A model generated the notes under the pieces. That model was not told the DNA's origin. It was given only the letters and a program-made list of their open reading frames with translations, and made no database searches. Positions 9,897 to 18,811 of a stretch of 64,000 bases of DNA are shown here, in pieces. How positions within the stretch are numbered: position 1 is the first letter of the stretch; every line of letters begins with the position of its first letter. The stretch covers positions 1 to 64,000 of the forward strand of contig JAQBGU010000179.1 of NCBI GenBank assembly GCA_032128375.1, in the 5' to 3' direction. Source of the DNA: Deltaproteobacteria bacterium. GTDB lineage: Bacteria > Myxococcota_A > UBA9160 > SMWR01. Both the position numbers and the translations under genes were made by a program.

Positions 9897-10409
9897 TCAG
9901 CGCTGCGGCAGTTCGATGACCGGCTCGTCGGGGTTCGGCCGATACAGGATCACGGTGTGTCCCACCAGGCCGCACAGCGCGGCGCCGCTTCGTTGTGCGA
10001 GCGTTGCTGCGGCTGCCTTCTTGTCTGACGGCTCGTGCATGCGAACCTTGACGAGTTCGTGTTTGTGCAGTGCGGCGTCGAGAGCCCGCATGACTCCCGG
10101 GCTGAGACCCGCGTCTCCCACCTGGAGGAGGGCCTTCAGAGGGTTGGCCAGCGCTCGCAAAGCTCTTCGCTGAAAGCCGGCGAGCTTCGGCGTCTTGGCC
10201 TGTTTGGATCGAGGCTTGGACTCGGGTTTGGGCTTCGGCTTGGTGGGCTTGAGTTTGGACTTGAACCTGGGCTTGATTCCGGGCTTGGATTCGGGCCTGG
10301 CCCCGGGCCTGATTCCGGGTTTAGCCGCGGCCTTGGCCCCGGCCTTGGTTCTGGGTTTGGGCCCAGACTTCGAGCCGGGTCTCGACTTGGGTCTGACGTG
10401 GTAAGCCAT
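9897..10409 (-). CDS. yhbY: YhbY/CRM-domain RNA-binding protein with a Lys/Pro-rich N-terminal extension
   Basis: QRRALRALANPLKALLQVGDAG, ALHKHELVKV and VGHTVILYRP. Confidence 0.88.
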   Translation of the reverse strand: MAYHVRPKSRPGSKSGPKPRTKAGAKAAAKPGIRPGARPESKPGIKPRFKSKLKPTKPKPKPESKPRSKQAKTPKLAGFQRRALRALANPLKALLQVGDAGLSPGVMRALDAALHKHELVKVRMHEPSDKKAAAATLAQRSGAALCGLVGHTVILYRPNPDEPVIELPQR

Positions 10410-10480
10410 CGCGCGCGAGCATCCCCCATCCGCCGGCGATAATCGACCTCGAACGCCAGGGGTAGGAGTAGCATGCGGGC

Positions 10481-11650
10481 ATGAGCACCCGCGATCGCCC
10501 TCTTTCGGATCTCAAAGTCCTCGATATGTCCCGAGTCATGGCGGGGCCCTACGCTGCTCGCCTGCTGTGCGATCTCGGCGCCGACGTCGTCAAACTCGAA
10601 CCGCCCGAGCCCGATATCACGCGCAACTGGGGCGTCCAAAAGAACGGATTGTCCGGCTTTTACACCCAGCAGAATGCCGGGAAGCGCAACGTCTGCATCG
10701 ATCTCAAGACGCCGGACGGACCCGAATTGGTGCGGCGTCTGGCGGACTGTGCCGATGTGCTGGTCGAGAATTTTCGACCTGGTGTAATGGCGCGAATCGG
10801 CCTGGATTACCCGACGCTTCGACAACGGAACCCACGCTTGATCATGCTGTCAGTCACCGGCTTCGGTCAAGACGGCCCCGAGTCTCATCGGCAGGCCTAC
10901 GCGCCGGTCATCCACGCCGAGGCCGGCTACATCGCGCGCCACGCAGAGATGGATGGGAACCCACCGTCCGACCCGATCTTTTCAATTGCCGATTCCTACT
11001 CGGCGTTACACGGAACGATCGGCCTGTTGTCCGCACTCCACATGCGCGAGCGGACCGGTGTCGGCCAGCATGTCGACTTGTGCATGTTGCGCGCGATGGT
11101 CGCGACCGACGACTACAGCCACCACATGCTCGACGACGATCTGCCGCCCGAGCGTCTCGGCGGCCAGGTCTTCGACGCGGTTGGTGGCCAGATCCTGGTC
11201 TCCTCGCAGTGGAAGGGTCTGTGGTTTCAATTCAAGACGGTCTTGGGAGTATCGGCTCCGAATGGCGCGAATCTGCACGAGAAGATCGCCAACCGCGAAC
11301 GTGCGATACGCGAAAAAATCTCGTCCTATACAGATCGGGCCGAACTGGAGCGCGATCTCGATCGCGCGAGCCTGCCGTGGGGAGTCGTGCGATCGATGCA
11401 CGAAGTGCTGGATTCCCCGACGTTGCAGGCCGGCGACGTGTTCGCGGAAATCGACGACCGCGGAGCCGGCAAGCGAAAGGTGATCCAGGCACCCTACGAG
11501 TTCTCGGACGCAGATTCGGGAGTGCGCGGTCCCGCGCCCCACCGCGGCGAGCACAATCGCGAGGTCCTGCGGCAGTGGTTGTCGCTGCCACGGCAGCAGA
11601 TCGAGGAATTCGAAAAAGCCAACGTCCTGCTCCGTGATGGCAGGGGGTAG
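10481..11650 (+). CDS. Class III CoA-transferase (CaiB/BaiF)
   Basis: LSDLKVLDMSRVMAGP, NAGKRNVCIDLK and ENFRPGVM. Confidence 0.9.
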   Translation: MSTRDRPLSDLKVLDMSRVMAGPYAARLLCDLGADVVKLEPPEPDITRNWGVQKNGLSGFYTQQNAGKRNVCIDLKTPDGPELVRRLADCADVLVENFRPGVMARIGLDYPTLRQRNPRLIMLSVTGFGQDGPESHRQAYAPVIHAEAGYIARHAEMDGNPPSDPIFSIADSYSALHGTIGLLSALHMRERTGVGQHVDLCMLRAMVATDDYSHHMLDDDLPPERLGGQVFDAVGGQILVSSQWKGLWFQFKTVLGVSAPNGANLHEKIANRERAIREKISSYTDRAELERDLDRASLPWGVVRSMHEVLDSPTLQAGDVFAEIDDRGAGKRKVIQAPYEFSDADSGVRGPAPHRGEHNREVLRQWLSLPRQQIEEFEKANVLLRDGRG

Positions 11651-11705
11651 CTCGCCGATTGGTTTCGGCCGGGGTTCGCTGGAGCGATTCGTTGCGATGG
11701 CGGGT

Positions 11706-12698
11706 CTACTGGGCGTCCACACGAATGACGGCTGCACCGTCGATCCGGCCCGCACGGAGATCGTCGAGAGCGCGATTGGTATCGGCGAGCGCATACGCGG
11801 TCACCCGCGTGCGAACCCCGGCGTGTTCTGCGATCGCGAACAGCTCTTCTCCATCGTCGCGGGTCAAGTTTGCGACAGACCGGAGCACGCGTTCGCCCCA
11901 CAGTAGTTCATAGGGAAACGACGGGATATCGCTCATGTGGATTCCGGCGCAAACTACCACCCCGCCCTTCGACACGGCCCGCAGCGCAGCCGGTACCAGT
12001 TCGCCGACGGGCGCGAAAATGAGCGCCGCATCGAGTTCAAGTGGCGGCGTCTCACTCGAATCGCCCACCCAGCTGGCGCCGAGCGATCGAGCGAATTGCT
12101 GCCCCGAAATATCTCCGGGACGCGTGAAAACGAGAGCTTCGCGACCCTGGTGGATCGCGACCTGGATCACGATGTGCGCGGAAGCGCCGAAGCCGTACAG
12201 GCCGATTCGCTTGGCGTCCCCAACGAACTTCAAAGCGCGAAATCCGATCAAGCCCGCGCACAGCAGTGGAGCGGCGTTCAAATCGGGAATCTCGCGTGGA
12301 AGGCGGAAACAGAAACGCGCATCGGCCACGCAGAACTCCGCAAAGCCGCCATGAACCTGATAGCCGGTGAATACGGCTTTGTCGCACAGATTTTCGCGAT
12401 CGGTCGTGCAGAAGCGACACGTTCCGCAGCTGCCGCCGAGCCACGGAACTCCGACACGGTCGCCTGGTTCGAAACCCGCAACCTCATCGCCAAGGGCATC
12501 GACCAAGCCGACGATCTGGTGGCCCAGGATGAGTGGTAGCTTGGGCTCGATCAGTTGGCCGTCTACGATGTGCAGATCAGTTCGGCACACCCCGCAAGCG
12601 TGAATCCGCAGCCGAAGCTGCCGCGCACTCGGAATGGGAGTCTCGAGTTCGACTTCGCGCAGCGGCTTGCCCGTGGCTTCGAACAGCATGGCCCGCAT
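11706..12698 (-). CDS. Zinc-dependent alcohol dehydrogenase
   Basis: CGVCRTDLH, GHQIVG, CGTCRFC..C structural zinc site and GLYGFGASA. Confidence 0.93.
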   Translation of the reverse strand: MRAMLFEATGKPLREVELETPIPSARQLRLRIHACGVCRTDLHIVDGQLIEPKLPLILGHQIVGLVDALGDEVAGFEPGDRVGVPWLGGSCGTCRFCTTDRENLCDKAVFTGYQVHGGFAEFCVADARFCFRLPREIPDLNAAPLLCAGLIGFRALKFVGDAKRIGLYGFGASAHIVIQVAIHQGREALVFTRPGDISGQQFARSLGASWVGDSSETPPLELDAALIFAPVGELVPAALRAVSKGGVVVCAGIHMSDIPSFPYELLWGERVLRSVANLTRDDGEELFAIAEHAGVRTRVTAYALADTNRALDDLRAGRIDGAAVIRVDAQ

Positions 12699-12864
12699 CG
12701 CGTCTCCCCTGGTCTCGAACCAAAGTACTCTCGAGAATCGACGAAAACCCCTAACTTATTGAAAAATATAGAATTTTAATAACGTCGGATGCCTGGAATC
12801 TTTCCTGTTCACGCGCCTGTTTGGGGTTTATGATTCAATGGTCTAGCAGGGAGGCCGTGGCAAG

Positions 12865-13428
12865 ATGAACGATTCACTGGACGAGTTGGTCAACGAAAAC
12901 TACTTCGAGTCTCCCCGGAGAAGCGAAGCCAAATTCGACACGGCATTGCTTCGCGAGCCGGTCGGGGCGTTACCGGTCAAGACTGCGTTGACGGTGTCTC
13001 CGGAATCGACAGTGACCGAAGCGATGCGGCGCATGCAAGACGAGCATCGGGGCTGCGTCCTGGTGACCGACGACGGAACTGCCAACAGCAAGCTGATCGG
13101 AATCTTCACCGAACGCGACGTACTGTTTCGGATCGTCGATCGTGGACGAAACCCAGCTGCGTTACCGATCGGCGGTGTAATGACCAGGGACCCGGAATGC
13201 CTGTCGATTCGTTCAGCGGTTGCGTACGCGTTGAACATGATGTCGGTTGGTGGTTTTCGGCACGTTCCAGTGGTCGATGATGAGCACCGTCCAGCGTTTG
13301 TGATATCGGTTCGCAACGTGGTCGAGTTCCTGGTCGAGGCGTTCCCCCGGGAGATCTTGAATCTCCCGAAGGAATACCACACGTCGAACTCGAACCGGGT
13401 ACGCAAGCGGACACGCGAGGGCGCCTGA
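12865..13428 (+). CDS. CBS domain protein
   Basis: LIGIFTERD, VMTRDPECL and GGFRHVPVVD tandem CBS motifs. GGGAGG RBS. Confidence 0.9.
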   Translation: MNDSLDELVNENYFESPRRSEAKFDTALLREPVGALPVKTALTVSPESTVTEAMRRMQDEHRGCVLVTDDGTANSKLIGIFTERDVLFRIVDRGRNPAALPIGGVMTRDPECLSIRSAVAYALNMMSVGGFRHVPVVDDEHRPAFVISVRNVVEFLVEAFPREILNLPKEYHTSNSNRVRKRTREGA

Positions 13429-13432
13429 TAGA

Positions 13433-13876
13433 ATGTCCAAAATGCGCATGAGCCATTTCGGCATCTGCGTTTCAGATCGAGTGAGTTCGCTGCGCTTTTA
13501 TCACGATGTGCTCGGATTTCGGTACGTCAGTGAACTCGATGTGAAATCCGCCGAAGCCGACAAACTGCTTCGGCTCGAGGATGTGAACTTGCGAGCGGTC
13601 TATCTCGAACGCGAAGGCGTCCGAATCGAACTGCTCTGTTATGCATCCCCGCCACATCGCGGTGATGGAACCCATCGCCCGATGAACCAGCTCGGCCTGA
13701 CGCACCTGTCGATTCGTGTCGACGACATGACACAGACCCTCGCCGAGATGCAGCAGGCTGGCGTCGAAGTCATAGAAGAGACGCGAATCGGGCGCCCCGG
13801 CGATCCGGTGCAGGCCGTGATGATCGCGGATCCCGATGGAACGCTGATAGAGTTGGTACAACAGCCGGGCGATTAA
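13433..13876 (+). CDS. VOC/glyoxalase family protein
   Basis: HFGICVSD..SLRFYHDVLGF, GLTHLSIRVDD and DPDGTLIEL. Confidence 0.9.
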   Translation: MSKMRMSHFGICVSDRVSSLRFYHDVLGFRYVSELDVKSAEADKLLRLEDVNLRAVYLEREGVRIELLCYASPPHRGDGTHRPMNQLGLTHLSIRVDDMTQTLAEMQQAGVEVIEETRIGRPGDPVQAVMIADPDGTLIELVQQPGD

Positions 13877-13897
13877 CTGACGAATCGTGCGACGGAT

Positions 13898-14506
13898 GTG
13901 GCACCGCTCGAGAAGGCGGAGTTGGCGCAAGTCGCCGATATCTTGGCGCGCGCGTTTCGCGACAACGCGCTGAACCGCGCGGCGATTGCGTCTGACGATC
14001 CCAAACGGCGAACGAGCTCGAACCGCTACGGAATGCTTGCGTTGCTCCCAGTCGCTCATGGTCTTGGCTGCGTGCTGACTGCGAAGTCGGGCAGAATCCT
14101 CAGTGGTGCGCTGGTATCCTCGCCGCCCGATTGCTTCCCGCTGCCCGAGGCCGCTTGGTGGCCACGGCTTCGCTGCCTGATCGGTCAGGGTTGGCGGGTT
14201 GCGCAGCGCTGGGGAGATGCGTATGACGCACTGCTCGCGTTGCGTCCGATCGAGCCGCATTGGTATCTGGCAACTCTGGGTGTCGACCCACTGCAACAGC
14301 GCCGCGGCGTGGGTGCGGCGCTACTCGAAGCGTGGCTGATTGGGGTCGATCGCAGCGGTCTATCCGCCTACCTCGAGACTGACGGCGCATCGAACGTCGC
14401 GTTCTACCAGCGCGCGGGTTTTCAGGTCGCGAACGAAATCGAGGTCCTGGGAGTGGCGGTCTGGTGCATGAGCAGGCCCGCACGCACGAGTGCCGCGGCA
14501 AGCTAA
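13898..14506 (+). CDS. GNAT family N-acetyltransferase
   Basis: HWYLATLGVDPLQQRRGVGAALL and YLET..NVAFYQRAGF. Confidence 0.9.
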   Translation: MAPLEKAELAQVADILARAFRDNALNRAAIASDDPKRRTSSNRYGMLALLPVAHGLGCVLTAKSGRILSGALVSSPPDCFPLPEAAWWPRLRCLIGQGWRVAQRWGDAYDALLALRPIEPHWYLATLGVDPLQQRRGVGAALLEAWLIGVDRSGLSAYLETDGASNVAFYQRAGFQVANEIEVLGVAVWCMSRPARTSAAAS

Positions 14507-14563
14507 CATGTTCGAACTCGCACGAGCCCACAAGAGCGCCGACGAGCACCCGTAGGAGAGAAC

Positions 14564-15393
14564 ATGTTCGGAAGACGTGCCGACGCGACCCCGGTCCGGA
14601 ATCTCACTGCGCTCCGGCGCATCATGCCGTTCACCTCGCCTCGGCGAAACGACTCGCTGTTCTATATGAGGCAAAAGGTCGAAGTCGAAGCGGCGCTGGA
14701 ATTTCTGGCCAAGAAGAACCAGGAGCGACCCGATGACCGCCCTATCACACTGTTTCATCTGTTTCTGCGTTCGACCGCGCGGGCGCTCACTCTACGGCCA
14801 GGTGTCAATCGCTTCGTCAAGTCAGGCACCCTGTGGCAGCGCGACGGAGTCTGGCTGACTTTCAGCGCCAAGATCAAGATCGCAGATGGCTCGCCGATGA
14901 TCACCGTCAAGCGCCGCTTCGATTCGGAACCAGAATCTCTCGAAGAGATGGTCGACGCGATCTACGACCAGCTTGCATTCGGCCGGTCCGGCAGGAAAAC
15001 CACCAGTGACAAGGAGGTATCCTTGCTGCTGCGTCTGCCGGGCATCGTTATCAAGACCGCGTTGGCATTCGCACAATTGGGTGACAAGTGGGGCCTGCTG
15101 CCACGGGCAATGATCGAAGCGGACCCGCTGTTTTCATCGGTATTTGTCGCGAACCTCGGTTCGATCGATTATCCAGCCGGATACCACCACCTCTGGGAGT
15201 ACGGGACCACTTCGATTTTCGGCGTCATGGGGAGAATCGAACCCGGCGAAAATGGACGCCGAAAAATGGACATCGCTGGAGCTACGATGAGCGCATCGAA
15301 GACGGCCTCTACTCCTACCATTCACTGGAGATGATCCGGGAGTGCATAGAGAACCCGGAGAAATTGATCCCTTCGGTTGAACTGCCTAAATAG
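14564..15393 (+). pseudogene. 2-oxoacid dehydrogenase acyltransferase (E2 catalytic domain-like) protein, frameshifted near 15275
   Basis: VFVANLGSI and YHHLWEYGTTSIF in the 14564 frame. The C-terminal WSYDERIEDGLY..IENPEKL lies in the 15088..15393 frame. Confidence 0.75.
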
Positions 15394-15409
15394 GCGGAGC
15401 GGGTCGATT

Positions 15410-16360
15410 ATGGCTGCGCATCGCAAAGACCCTTACGCAGCGCTCGGCGTGAGTCGAGATGCCGACGAGAACACGATTCGCAAGGCTTACCGCAAGCTTG
15501 CGCGGGAACTCCACCCAGACGTAAACCCTGACAACGTGGAGGCCGAGGATCGATTCAAGGCGGTTGCGGAAGCCTACGCGTTGTTATCGGACAAGGAAAA
15601 GAGACGCGACTACGACGAGTTCGGCGAAGTAGCTTTTCAAGCTGGCTTCGATGCCAAGCAGGCCCGACGCTCGCGTTCCGCGTTTGGCGGTGGATCTCAG
15701 GACTTCGGCTTTGGCGGAATCGACGACCTCGTTTCAGATCTGTTCGGTCGCGGATCCGGCCGAGGAGGCGCGCGAAGTCCGCTGCGACGACGTGGTGCCA
15801 CACTGGAAGCCACACTCGATCTCGATTTCATAGAGGCGGCACGCGGTGGCGAGCAGCGGCTACAGATCTCGCGGCCAACCGCCAGCGGTGGAAGTCGATT
15901 GGAACCTGTGACGGTTCGCATCCCGCCGGGAGTCGCTGACGGCGGGAAGATCAGGCTGCGTGGCAAGGGCGGAGAAGGGATCGGCGGCGGCCCGGCTGGC
16001 GACCTGGTCGCAACGATTCAGATCCGCCCCCATAGCCATTTCAAGCGAGAAGGCCGCGACGTCTTGCTCGAGGTGCCACTTTCGATCGGTGAGGCGACGC
16101 TGGGAGCGAAAATCGAGGTACCAACGTTAGACGGCCGCGTCACGCTGACCATCCCGCCCGGGACCGACAGTGGCGCAAAGCTGCGGCTCAAGGGCAAAGG
16201 GGTTCCGCATCCCTCCGGAGGTGTAGCCGGGGACTTCTTCGTGGTCGCGAAGATCTGTGTGCCCAAGGATCTGACTGAGGACGAGCGGGCTCGGTTCGAA
16301 GAGCTGCGGTCGCTCGATTCGGCCGACCTTCGCGAGGAGCTGGAGAACCTGGTTTTGTAG
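15410..16360 (+). CDS. DnaJ/CbpA-type J-domain co-chaperone without zinc finger
   Basis: J domain with HPD, G/F-rich linker, and C-terminal KLRLKGKG domain. Confidence 0.92.
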   Translation: MAAHRKDPYAALGVSRDADENTIRKAYRKLARELHPDVNPDNVEAEDRFKAVAEAYALLSDKEKRRDYDEFGEVAFQAGFDAKQARRSRSAFGGGSQDFGFGGIDDLVSDLFGRGSGRGGARSPLRRRGATLEATLDLDFIEAARGGEQRLQISRPTASGGSRLEPVTVRIPPGVADGGKIRLRGKGGEGIGGGPAGDLVATIQIRPHSHFKREGRDVLLEVPLSIGEATLGAKIEVPTLDGRVTLTIPPGTDSGAKLRLKGKGVPHPSGGVAGDFFVVAKICVPKDLTEDERARFEELRSLDSADLREELENLVL

Positions 16361-16401
16361 CCGTCGCGTCGGGGCCGATGAGATCGGCTGATTGCACAAG
16401 C

Positions 16402-16574
16402 TCATGTGCGGCGCACCGCCCACCTGGCGAGCGCCGACGTCGCGTCTCCGACCATCACGATCGCAGAGCCCAATAACACCCAGAATACGAGTTCATCTGC
16501 GTGTCCGCGTGCTCGTGCATCGTCGATCCAGAAGCCGAGACTGGCGATACCGAGCATTCCCAGCACAGTCGACG
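16402..16574 (-). pseudogene. C-terminal remnant of a PhnE/PtxC-type ABC permease
   Basis: STVLGMLGIASLGFWI..LVFWVLLGSAIVMVGDATSALAR resembles the last segment of PhnE permeases. Confidence 0.65.
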
Positions 16575-17303
16575 TTTGGTAAAGCCCGCGCCGAATTTGG
16601 TCTCGAGATCCGGGTGAGCGGTGAAGCCGTAGTCCGGACACAGGGGTGTCTTCCATCTGACGATTGCGACTTTCGGGTCGGTGGTGCCTTCGGCGACGCG
16701 GCGATCGTAGACCTGGTAGTTGATCGCGCCGACTCGAAATTGGCCGCTTTCGACGAGTTCTGCGGTGCGATCGTGGCTGCCTGAAAACGAGATGGCTCCC
16801 AGGAAATCCTGTGGCGATTTCCCAGTGTTTTGGCGGATGAAATACTCCGGCATCAGGCGCCCGGACGTGGAACCCTGCGAGCCGAAGCAGAAGGTCTTAC
16901 CAGCAATCGAGGTCGGAAAGGTCGACCCCGGCTCGATCCCCGCATCAACGTGCGCGATGAAGTAGGAGTAGTACTCCGGGTCTTCCTCGCCCTGCGCGAT
17001 GGCGCGCGCCCCGGGAACTGCGTGGCGCGCTTGTACACCCGTGAGTCCTCCGAACCACGCGAGTTCGATATCGCCGTTCTTGAACAACTCGACCGCATCT
17101 GGATATCCGGTCGCCGCAACGTACTCCGTCGCAACTCCGAGACGTTCCGAAAGGTATGCGGCCAACGGCTCGAATTTTTCGCGCAGTCGGGTTTCGTCCT
17201 GGTCTGGAATGGCGCTGAACCGCAACACTGGCGGGCCTGCCCGAGCGGTCCCGCACCACAGCACGATCGCACTGACCAGAGCCAACGAATAGGGTCGCTT
17301 CAT
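16575..17303 (-). pseudogene. PhnD-family (putative selenate/phosphonate) ABC substrate-binding protein, C-terminally truncated
   Basis: Signal peptide, FSAIPDQDET, AWFGGLTGVQA, GSTSGRLMPEYF and FSGSHD. Similarity ends abruptly after KFGAGFTK. Confidence 0.8.
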
Positions 17304-17464
17304 GATAAATCCGATTGGGTGTAGCGAATAGCCGATCAATTCAGTGCTGACGGCTACCGCATTCCCGACGGAGGTGGGTGAGACGTCGTCGGCATTGGGG
17401 TGTATTGCCCTCTGATGAACCTTGCGTGTGCGGGAAATGGTGATTATGAGTACACAGAGCCAAC

Positions 17465-17569
17465 TTTTCCCAAAAGCGGGAAAAATTTTCCATTTTGATT
17501 TGAACCATGACAAATAGCTAATCAAATTCAAGTACTTAGTTTTCTTCAAAAGTCGGCACGATGCTTGCT
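17465..17569 (+). promoter_or_regulatory. Sigma54 promoter with upstream IHF-like site and palindromic candidate enhancer
   Basis: tCGGCACGatgcTTGCT at 17553-17569 (-24/-12). ATTCAAGTACTTA at 17526-17538 (IHF-like). TTTTCCC-N6-GGGAAAA at 17465-17484. Confidence 0.75.
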
Positions 17570-17580
17570 CTAGTAATTTC

Positions 17581-17745
17581 GCATGATGTTCTTCACCTGA
17601 CTCTCAACAGATTTTCGGGCCGTGGTCGTCAAGCTCTAGGGAGATTCGACGCGGTCCAGACGCCCGCCGGCCAACCGAGGCCACGTGGCTGGCGTCCGAA
17701 GTCCCAGCCTTGATCGAGGATGATCGACTGGGACTTCGTGTTTCG
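17581..17745 (+). ncRNA. Candidate sigma54-dependent structured RNA (sRNA or leader) with three hairpins
   Basis: Adjacent stems at 17617-17657, 17659-17696 and 17697-17738 (perfect 11-bp cgaagtcccag/ctgggacttcg). Lies directly downstream of the promoter, with no ORF. Confidence 0.5.
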
Positions 17746-17820
17746 CGACAGGCATCTTCGTCCTATCTACGGCCTTTCATCCTAGCGCCACGGCCATTCT
17801 ATGCGATTCTGTTCGCTTAG

Positions 17821-18495
17821 ATGACGCTCATAAATCCCTCCTCGGCCCCTGCCGGGAACCAATCCGGGAAGCTGCGTAACGACGATGGCCGGTTGCTGCG
17901 CGGCAAGCGCAGTCGGGCGCGAATTCGCGAGGCGGCTCGCGAATTGTTTCGAGAAAAGGGCTTCGACGCCGCGACGCTGCGCGCGATTGCTGCCCGGGCG
18001 GGTATGGGCGCTAGTTCGGTCTACCGCCATGTCCAGTCCAAACACGAACTGCTGATTCTCGACCTCGCCGACCTCCAGGAAGAGGCCTGGTCGATCTTTC
18101 GCCGAAATGACGACCGCATGGGCGATTGCGGTGAGCGAATTCGCAACTTCTTCCGCAATCAGCACGCTTTGCTGGCCGAAGAGCCGGACCTCACCGTAAT
18201 CTCGATCCGAGCTACGACCTATCCGGAAGCCCGTGTCGCGCGCCGGGTACTCGCGCTGAACGACCGAACCATCGGTTTGTTGGCCGAAATCCTGCTGCAA
18301 GGTCGAATGCGCCGCGATATCGGACACAACATCGATGTCCTTGCCGCCGCCAGAGTGCTCTTCCACATGGCGACTGGCGCGCGCATCTCGTGGGCCAACG
18401 GACTGCTGACCGAGCAGGGTTGTCGCGATGCGATCGACGCTTCTGTCGAGCTGCTATTCGTAGGCATGAGAGCCCGCGCCGAACTCAACCGATGA
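17821..18495 (+). CDS. TetR/AcrR family transcriptional regulator
   Basis: RIREAARELFREKGFDAATLRAIAARAGMGASSVYRHVQSKHEL HTH. Confidence 0.92.
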   Translation: MTLINPSSAPAGNQSGKLRNDDGRLLRGKRSRARIREAARELFREKGFDAATLRAIAARAGMGASSVYRHVQSKHELLILDLADLQEEAWSIFRRNDDRMGDCGERIRNFFRNQHALLAEEPDLTVISIRATTYPEARVARRVLALNDRTIGLLAEILLQGRMRRDIGHNIDVLAAARVLFHMATGARISWANGLLTEQGCRDAIDASVELLFVGMRARAELNR

Positions 18496-18519
18496 CGACC
18501 CGAGTCGTTCGGAAGGTGC

Positions 18520-18811
18520 AGCGGTTCCCACACCGATCAAACAGTGATCGCCGATTACCACGGTGGTGTGATGGGTGATCGAGCAGAACTCACCGATGCG
18601 GGTCGGCGCCTCGAAACCGACGTGCACCATCGCGAAATCCTGGATGTTGGTCATTCGGCCGATCTGAATCTGCTGGCATTCGGCGCGCAACACCCCAGAC
18701 CGATGCGCCTGGGCCGACGGATATCGCGCCGAAGAACTGAGCGGTTGGCGAAATCCAGCTGTGTGGGTCTAGCTCTGGATCGGACGAGCTGTTTCGCATG
18801 ACACCCCTCAT
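18520..18811 (-). pseudogene. Gamma-class carbonic anhydrase / hexapeptide protein, degraded
   Basis: WISPTAQFFGAISVGPGASVW, then a frame change to VLRAEC..IGRMTNIQDFAMVH..VIGDHCLIG. The HG motif and the C-terminus are missing. Confidence 0.75.

Noticed and set aside
15265..15285. Programmed ribosomal frameshift in the E2-like gene
   Set aside because: No slippery heptamer or clear stimulatory structure at the junction.
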